Positions 58,795-64,000 of a stretch of DNA of 64,000 bases are shown in pieces. The notes under the pieces were generated by a model. The model worked only from the letters and a program-made list of their open reading frames with translations, was not told where the DNA came from and did not search any database. Positions within the stretch are counted from its first letter, which is position 1; every line of letters begins with the position of its first letter. Origin of the DNA: Bacilli bacterium (GTDB taxonomy: Bacteria > Bacillota_I > Bacilli_A > RFN20 > CAG-288); NCBI GenBank assembly GCA_900770925.1, contig CAAGLY010000016.1, positions 4,523-68,522 on the forward strand, read 5' to 3'. The translations under genes were made by a program, and so were the position numbers.

Positions 58795-60841
58795 GGCAGA
58801 GATCCTCCTTACCATCTAAGCTTCCGCTTTCGAATGCAGAGACACAGGCTGTCGGAAGAATACGGCTCTGAGCAGCCTCTTCCTGGACATTGAGTTTCTT
58901 GACATAGGCTTCCCAGCTGGTATCAAGGCTTTCCTCATTATCAGCAGCAGTCTTGTCGATTGTCTTCTGGATATAGCTGGAGATCTGATCAGCATTCTCT
59001 TTGCCGATGATGTCTTCGAACTTCTTTCCGTTGTACTTCGCCCTGAAGGTCTCAAGGTTGTGCTTGAAGAGGTTGTACTCATTGTTGCTGTCTTCGTTAT
59101 AGATAGCAGCCTTGACCGTAGTAGAACGGGAGGCATAGGAAGAATTAGAGTTGACATCTGCCTTGATGAAATTGATGAAGGAAGGATTAGTCAGATAATC
59201 CGTGCTTTCAGCGCTTGCGGCATCGGCATCCTGTTTAGGAATGTTGGTACGCCAGTACTGATAGTTCTTAACGCGGTCGTCATAGTTGACGAACGGATCA
59301 CGGTTGACTTCGATGAAGTGGATACCCTGATAAGAAGAGGAAGCGGCACGGGTAACGAAAATCGGAGTCTTGTTGTCCTTAGAAGCGACAAGGACTTGAA
59401 CACTGGCGCCGTTTTCGACAGCATGGAGATCAGTGGTCTGTACACCAGCCGTCGGATCGCAGTAATAGTTTTCAAGATTATTGCTGATGCCATCGATAGT
59501 AGCAAACTTGTCAGAGCTGATAGAAGCAAGCTGAGTCTTGACATAATTGTATTCTTCGAACTTGTTCTTCAGTCCGTCAGCAGTGGCAGTAGCCTTGAAG
59601 TCATCGATGGAAGCATAGGTGTGCTTGCCGATGGCGTTGACTTCCTTGAGGAACTTTGCATCATATGTTGTGCTGTCATCATAGATGAAAGAAGCACCCT
59701 GATAGTTGAAGTAGTTATTGAAATAGATGTTGCGGGGATACTGAGTGGCAGAAGCATACTGGACGCTCTTTCCGGTTTCCGGATCAGTTTCCCTATCGGC
59801 AACAAAGCCCATCGTGAATGCAGCAGAAAGCGGAATGCCAAAGCCTTTGCCCTGACCAATCAGAGTAGACTGAATCTTATCTGCGACAGAGGTCGAGTTA
59901 TCGTAATTATAATCGTTATAGTCATCCTTGGATTCAGCAGCCTGTCCCGGAACACGGAGAGAAGCCTTGACAGCATCATTGTCCTTGGTCTTCGGATTCC
60001 TATAGGCATCGTAGGCATAAAGGCCGAGCTTGAACTCATTGACATAGGAAGTGGTCTTTTCCCTAGCAACCATTGCAGAAGAGGATTTTTCATCCGAAGC
60101 AACTGTGTAGAGTTCACCATAGGTCTTCTGGGATCCCTCATCATCGCTGGAGCGGAAGGCAACCGAACCGAAGGATTCGCTGCTTGCTAAAGCAGAGACA
60201 ACAGAGCCAATCTGCTTGGCATCGTCAGAAGAAATCTGACCATCCCATAAGCCGGTTCCGTCTCCGGAAGCATCGACTTTGACTAAGATATGGGAAACAT
60301 GGTACGGTGCTTTATCCGAAACATATTTCTTGGTGTAGTCTTCGCTGATTTCATAGCGTTCCTTGGAATTAGTGGTTCCATCGGCTTCCTGATAGTAGTC
60401 GGTGGAGTTTTCGCTGACCTGCTCCTGGGCAATCAGTTTCTCACGGAGTTCCTCGACGGTGTCGACTTTCCTCTCATCAAGAGTCTTTTCACGCTCTTCC
60501 TTAACGGAAGTCTTGTTGGTCTTGGAATTGTTCTTCCAGGTTTTCTCGTATTCATCCATTTTGGAATCAACACGGGAAAGAATTGCACCGGAACGATCAG
60601 TGACAAGCTGAGCAAGAATGTTGCTGGCTACATCATACTGAGCCTTAGAAGCTTCTTTGGTGCCCTCGAACCTCTTATAGATTTCACTATATTTGTAGGT
60701 CTTTCCACCGGCATCGACAACTACGCCATCCTGCCATTTGGCATCCGGATAGGTGTAGTCCTTACTTGAACATCCGGCCAGAAGTGTCCTAGATGCCAAT
60801 AAGGAAAGGCTGACTGATAGGCTGCATTTGCCTTTTTTCAT
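58781..60841 (-). CDS. Large lipoprotein with a parvulin (PpiC) domain, PrsA-like (686 aa)
   Basis: Lipobox LLAGC. Start set at MKKGK (GAGGAGG Shine-Dalgarno sequence). Parvulin-like segment ..SHILVKV..SFGSVAFRSSDDEGSQKTYGELY... Confidence 0.75.
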   Translation of the reverse strand: MKKGKCSLSVSLSLLASRTLLAGCSSKDYTYPDAKWQDGVVVDAGGKTYKYSEIYKRFEGTKEASKAQYDVASNILAQLVTDRSGAILSRVDSKMDEYEKTWKNNSKTNKTSVKEEREKTLDERKVDTVEELREKLIAQEQVSENSTDYYQEADGTTNSKERYEISEDYTKKYVSDKAPYHVSHILVKVDASGDGTGLWDGQISSDDAKQIGSVVSALASSESFGSVAFRSSDDEGSQKTYGELYTVASDEKSSSAMVAREKTTSYVNEFKLGLYAYDAYRNPKTKDNDAVKASLRVPGQAAESKDDYNDYNYDNSTSVADKIQSTLIGQGKGFGIPLSAAFTMGFVADRETDPETGKSVQYASATQYPRNIYFNNYFNYQGASFIYDDSTTYDAKFLKEVNAIGKHTYASIDDFKATATADGLKNKFEEYNYVKTQLASISSDKFATIDGISNNLENYYCDPTAGVQTTDLHAVENGASVQVLVASKDNKTPIFVTRAASSSYQGIHFIEVNRDPFVNYDDRVKNYQYWRTNIPKQDADAASAESTDYLTNPSFINFIKADVNSNSSYASRSTTVKAAIYNEDSNNEYNLFKHNLETFRAKYNGKKFEDIIGKENADQISSYIQKTIDKTAADNEESLDTSWEAYVKKLNVQEEAAQSRILPTACVSAFESGSLDGKEDLCHVKK

Positions 60842-61001
60842 ATGAATCCTCCTCATTGAATAGCTTTATACACACAGTTTAAGCACTAGACTAGTTTAGT
60901 TGTTAAAGCTAGTGTTTTCAAGGAAAAGAAGTACCCTAAAACTAAAAAAGACGAGTTCTTAATCCTTTTTAAACGCAAAAGCCCTGTGTGACTGGTTTTT
61001 G

Positions 61002-61079
61002 CCGCTCTATTTTACACCATCAGGCGAAAAAAGAGAAAAAGGTTGTGTCCCTTCTGGTGTAAAATAGAAACTATGAAAC
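61002..61079 (+). repeat. 78-bp direct repeat, copy A (target-site duplication, low-coordinate side of the IS)
   Basis: Identical over 78/78 nt to 62968-63045. Contains the parA upstream region through ATGAAAC. Confidence 0.9.
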
Positions 61080-62967
61080 CTGTCTTTCGGCTAGACCCCT
61101 AAATTTCTAGTGTTAAACATCAATATCAAAAAGGCTGTTCACATCTTTCTGAGTCAAATATAAATTACCCAACTTTAGTATTCCAAGAGTTGATTTTATC
61201 TGTTCATATACTGAGCTTCTTGTCGAGTTATTGATATATGTTTTTTCTTTTGTTTCTGTGATTGTATATTGCCGAATAAAGTCTACTAAAGCACTAATCG
61301 GAATCTTATCTTCAAATGTTTTTAATTCCAACAATCTAAGGACAGTCAAAGCCAGGTAGCAAATCAGAAAATGTCCATAAATGCTTTCTTTGTTTCGTAG
61401 GAAAACCGGTCTTGCTTCAAGATACGTTTTCCTCACCCGGAAGCTCTCCTCGATTCTCCACAAGCCATGATATGCCTTGTATATCTCCTTAGCTGTCATT
61501 TTCCATTCAGAAGTGACAAGAAGATTATATCCTGCATATTTCTTTGCTTCGGAAACCGTCTCTTCGTTAACTTCTACTTCAAATCTTGTCTGACTATTAT
61601 CTTTGGCTTTGATATTGATGTATTTCGCTTTGTCTCCGATCTCTTCTTTAACGAAGCCTTTGACGGATAAATTCCGAGCCTTTTCAACTTCCTTCTCTAT
61701 TTCTCTTATCTGCTTTCTTGCGAGATATGGATTGTAGGTTACCACTCTTTTTTCCTTCGTCCGGAATCTTACTTCTCTGCCATCATCGTCAATAAATTTA
61801 TATTCATAGCTTCCTATCGTTTCCTTATATCGATAAAGGAGATTTCCTTCCTCATCCTTGACTTCCTTCCAAAGCTGATCATCGTTATCTAAAGCAATCC
61901 ATTCTTTTTCTGCTTGAGATAAGCCTTTTCCTTTGAACGACTTAGAGAAAATATAGCCGTCTTTCCCTTCTTTATGAAGATAATAGATGTTTTTGGCACA
62001 ATTCAGGCCTTTATCCGCAACTTCGATGATCTTAGAGCTGATGTCATATCTGCTCTTCCTATCTTCGACTGTCTTTCTTAAATAGGGCTTTTCCGATTCA
62101 TTGCCCGGATACCTTTCCATAGCAATAGGGACTTGTTCGGCATCCAACATTAAAGCTTGTCCGATGATCGGGCTTTTTCTGTTTTCCTTTGAAGGTCCTT
62201 TTCTTCTTAGATCATCCTCCAGATCGATTTCAAAATAGTAGTTTGTGCAGTCAAAGAAGGCTTTCTTGGTATTTCTATGCCAATTCAGTTCGATGCCATG
62301 ATTAAAGCATTCGATATATTTCTGATAATCACTGCCGATATATTCGATCTCATCCAGAATCTGATCATAGGAAAAAGTCCGGGCTCCGTAAATGTTGGGA
62401 ATGACATTTTCAAAAGCGGATAATTTGGAACCTGGATTTAATACCTGTGCATAGACCATGGAACGAATAAAATCAGAAATCTTAAAGCTTGTTTTTCTGT
62501 TCGAGGCCATGAGGTTCAAAGTGTCATCGACAGAGAGTCTGTCAATCCTTGCCTTTAAAAGGAAATGGCCAGCAAACATGCTAGTGGAAACGTCTCCGAT
62601 TTGAGGAACATCAGTGCTGATGGATTCATTCAATTTGCCGACGGTTCTTTGTCCGTAGGCAATAGGGTCTTTTATCCCATGCTTCATCAGATCGGAAACG
62701 TACCCTAAGGATTTGTAGCTGCGGTTTCTCGATCCTTTCCCAGGGATGTACTGGCTTATATAAATCTGAAGATATTCGCCTTTTTTTGATGGCTTGGTTT
62801 TCTTTAAAAAGTATTTCATATCCTGTCCTCCTCATTGATAACACCTTAACACTAGTTTTATTATACCATAACAAAAAAAGTTTTGGAAATACTTATTTAT
62901 CTTTAGATAAATAAATCTTCAAAACTTACTTCTTAATCCTAAATTTTCTAGTGCTAAAACCTAAAAA
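61080..62967 (-). mobile_element. IS1634-family (IS4-related) insertion sequence, about 1.9 kb
   Basis: Single transposase ORF. Flanked by a perfect 78-bp direct repeat. Much more AT-rich than the flanking DNA. Long variable target duplications are a hallmark of the IS1634 family. Confidence 0.8.
61113..62819 (-). CDS. IS1634-family DDE transposase (568 aa)
   Basis: FFDCTNYYFE, LMLD and C-terminal YHGLWRIEESFRVRKTYLEARPVF motifs typical of IS4/IS1634 transposases. GAGGAGG Shine-Dalgarno sequence and TATAAT upstream. Confidence 0.8.
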   Translation of the reverse strand: MKYFLKKTKPSKKGEYLQIYISQYIPGKGSRNRSYKSLGYVSDLMKHGIKDPIAYGQRTVGKLNESISTDVPQIGDVSTSMFAGHFLLKARIDRLSVDDTLNLMASNRKTSFKISDFIRSMVYAQVLNPGSKLSAFENVIPNIYGARTFSYDQILDEIEYIGSDYQKYIECFNHGIELNWHRNTKKAFFDCTNYYFEIDLEDDLRRKGPSKENRKSPIIGQALMLDAEQVPIAMERYPGNESEKPYLRKTVEDRKSRYDISSKIIEVADKGLNCAKNIYYLHKEGKDGYIFSKSFKGKGLSQAEKEWIALDNDDQLWKEVKDEEGNLLYRYKETIGSYEYKFIDDDGREVRFRTKEKRVVTYNPYLARKQIREIEKEVEKARNLSVKGFVKEEIGDKAKYINIKAKDNSQTRFEVEVNEETVSEAKKYAGYNLLVTSEWKMTAKEIYKAYHGLWRIEESFRVRKTYLEARPVFLRNKESIYGHFLICYLALTVLRLLELKTFEDKIPISALVDFIRQYTITETKEKTYINNSTRSSVYEQIKSTLGILKLGNLYLTQKDVNSLFDIDV

Positions 62968-63045
62968 CCGCTCTATTTTACACCATCAGGCGAAAAAAGA
63001 GAAAAAGGTTGTGTCCCTTCTGGTGTAAAATAGAAACTATGAAAC
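62968..63045 (+). repeat. 78-bp direct repeat, copy B (native copy upstream of and into parA)
   Basis: Identical to 61002-61079. Its last 7 nt, ATGAAAC, are the first codons of parA. Confidence 0.9.
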
Positions 63046-63824
63046 AGATTATCGCCATCACCAACCAGAAAGGCGGCGTCGGTAAGACCACGACCGCCTA
63101 TAATCTTGCTGCGGCTCTTGCCCGGTATAACAAGAAAATCCTTGTCATTGACAGGGACCCTCAGGGCAACTGTTCGAGTGCACTAGGCATCGATTCGTCT
63201 TTAAGCCGCCGCACGAGCTACGAACTGCTCACTTCCCAGATTGATTTAAAGCACGCTATCCGGCGTACTTCCTATAGCAATGTCTTTCTGATTTCCGCCA
63301 ATCTCTCTTTAGCAAGGCTAGAGAGCCGTTTAAGGAAAAGCGGAGAGGCAAAGACTACCCTTCTGAAAGAGAAGCTGGAAAATAAGGAAGCTGATCTTTT
63401 CGACTTCATCCTTATCGATACTCCTCCGTCTCTCGGTTTTCTCTCCCTTAACTCCCTGAAGGCAGCCGATAGCGTCATTATCCCAAGGCAATGTGAGTAT
63501 TTTGCCTTAGATGCCTTAGCTCAGCTTCTCTCTACTATCGCTTCTGTCCAGAGAGGGGATAACCCGAAACTGGAGATTGAAGGCATTTTATTAACAAGGT
63601 TCGATTCCCGGACAAAGCTCGGTTTAGAGATTTCCCAGGAAGTCCGGAAGAACTTCAAGGATAAGACGTTCACGACAACTATTCCCCGCAACGTCTCGAT
63701 TCCGGAGGCGATTAGCAAAGGAATCCCGGTCTCTCTTTATAAGCCGCTTTCTGCCGGATCTCTTGCCTACCTCTCCCTTGCGCGGGAGGTCATGGAATAT
63801 GCCGAAAAGAAAGAACCCGACTGA
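63039..63824 (+). CDS. parA: ParA/Soj chromosome partitioning ATPase
   Basis: Deviant Walker A KGGVGKTT. The ATG at 63039 follows a TAAAAT -10 (63026-63031) with no Shine-Dalgarno sequence. The ORF-track TTG start at 63009 is rejected. Confidence 0.85.
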   Translation: MKQIIAITNQKGGVGKTTTAYNLAAALARYNKKILVIDRDPQGNCSSALGIDSSLSRRTSYELLTSQIDLKHAIRRTSYSNVFLISANLSLARLESRLRKSGEAKTTLLKEKLENKEADLFDFILIDTPPSLGFLSLNSLKAADSVIIPRQCEYFALDALAQLLSTIASVQRGDNPKLEIEGILLTRFDSRTKLGLEISQEVRKNFKDKTFTTTIPRNVSIPEAISKGIPVSLYKPLSAGSLAYLSLAREVMEYAEKKEPD

Positions 63825-64000
63825 TTTATCTTCCCTAATCAATAAATATAAGGGGATTTCGGTTGTCAGCGAAATCGAAAGCAACCTGAATAAGGAACCG
63901 AAAACGGAAATTGCTCTTTCCCAATTGATTCCCTGTGATCTTTTCGATGAGAGAAACTATCCGAAGGAGACTCTTTCGGAGCTGAAGAAATCCCTTGAAC
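63811..64000 (+). CDS. parB: ParB/Spo0J N-terminus, 3' end outside the window
   Basis: ATG at 63811 overlaps the parA stop. MPKRKNPTDLSSLINKYKG.. continues to the window end without a stop. Confidence 0.7.

Noticed and set aside
59060-60190. 376-aa plus-strand ORF antisense to the parvulin lipoprotein gene
   Set aside because: The sense gene is rich in GAN/AAN codons, so its antisense lacks stops. There is no ribosome binding site and the translation is compositionally odd.
63009-63038. ORF-track TTG start for parA (MCPFWCKIETMKQ..)
   Set aside because: The TTG directly abuts the only purine-rich stretch, leaving no spacing. ParA homologs begin MKQIIAI... The start lies inside the duplicated promoter segment.

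Overview
The window is 64 kb of chromosomal DNA with about 45% GC. Gene order (lepA-hemW, dnaD-nth, the ribosomal-protein cluster, ileS-lspA-rluD, sufCDSUB) indicates a low-GC Firmicute. The K/A/E-rich tails on ribosomal proteins, the large surface lipoproteins and the IS1634-type element suggest an Erysipelotrichia- or Mollicutes-like lineage; that is inference. Content in order: lepA (5' partial), an unknown 430-aa protein, hemW, three unknown proteins (two of them membrane proteins), tyrS, an alpha/beta hydrolase, clpB with a CIRCE operator, nth, a dnaD-like gene, a truncated CCA-enzyme homolog, hup, der, cmk, tRNA-Thr(CGT), then the complete S10-spc-alpha ribosomal cluster on the minus strand (rpsJ to rplQ, including secY-adk-map-infA-rpmJ, with no rpmD). 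After that come a methyltransferase-like gene, mscS, a DedA/TVP38 gene, a glycerol-3-phosphate-dehydrogenase-like three-gene cluster, a lipid-remodelling cluster (YhhN lysoplasmalogenase, acyl-CoA ligase, DUF1624 acyltransferase), tRNA-Leu(GAG), a ygjP-like gene, a trmH-family gene, a hydrolase, ileS, lspA, rluD, mnmG fused to a sufCDSUB operon with a half-length SufD, a HIT protein, and two tandem paralogous lipoproteins (one with a parvulin domain). The window ends with an AT-rich IS1634-family insertion flanked by a perfect 78-bp target duplication at codon 3 of parA, followed by parA and the start of parB. No CRISPR array, rRNA or prophage was seen. The most notable points: TyrRS has QLGN in place of the class-I HIGH motif. 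The lepA-hemW neighbourhood is remodelled, with unknown membrane proteins where Bacillus has hrcA-grpE-dnaK. The IS insertion duplicates the parA promoter. SufD is truncated, with a SufC tail. mnmG is appended to the suf operon. Several genes have -10 elements abutting an ATG with no Shine-Dalgarno sequence.
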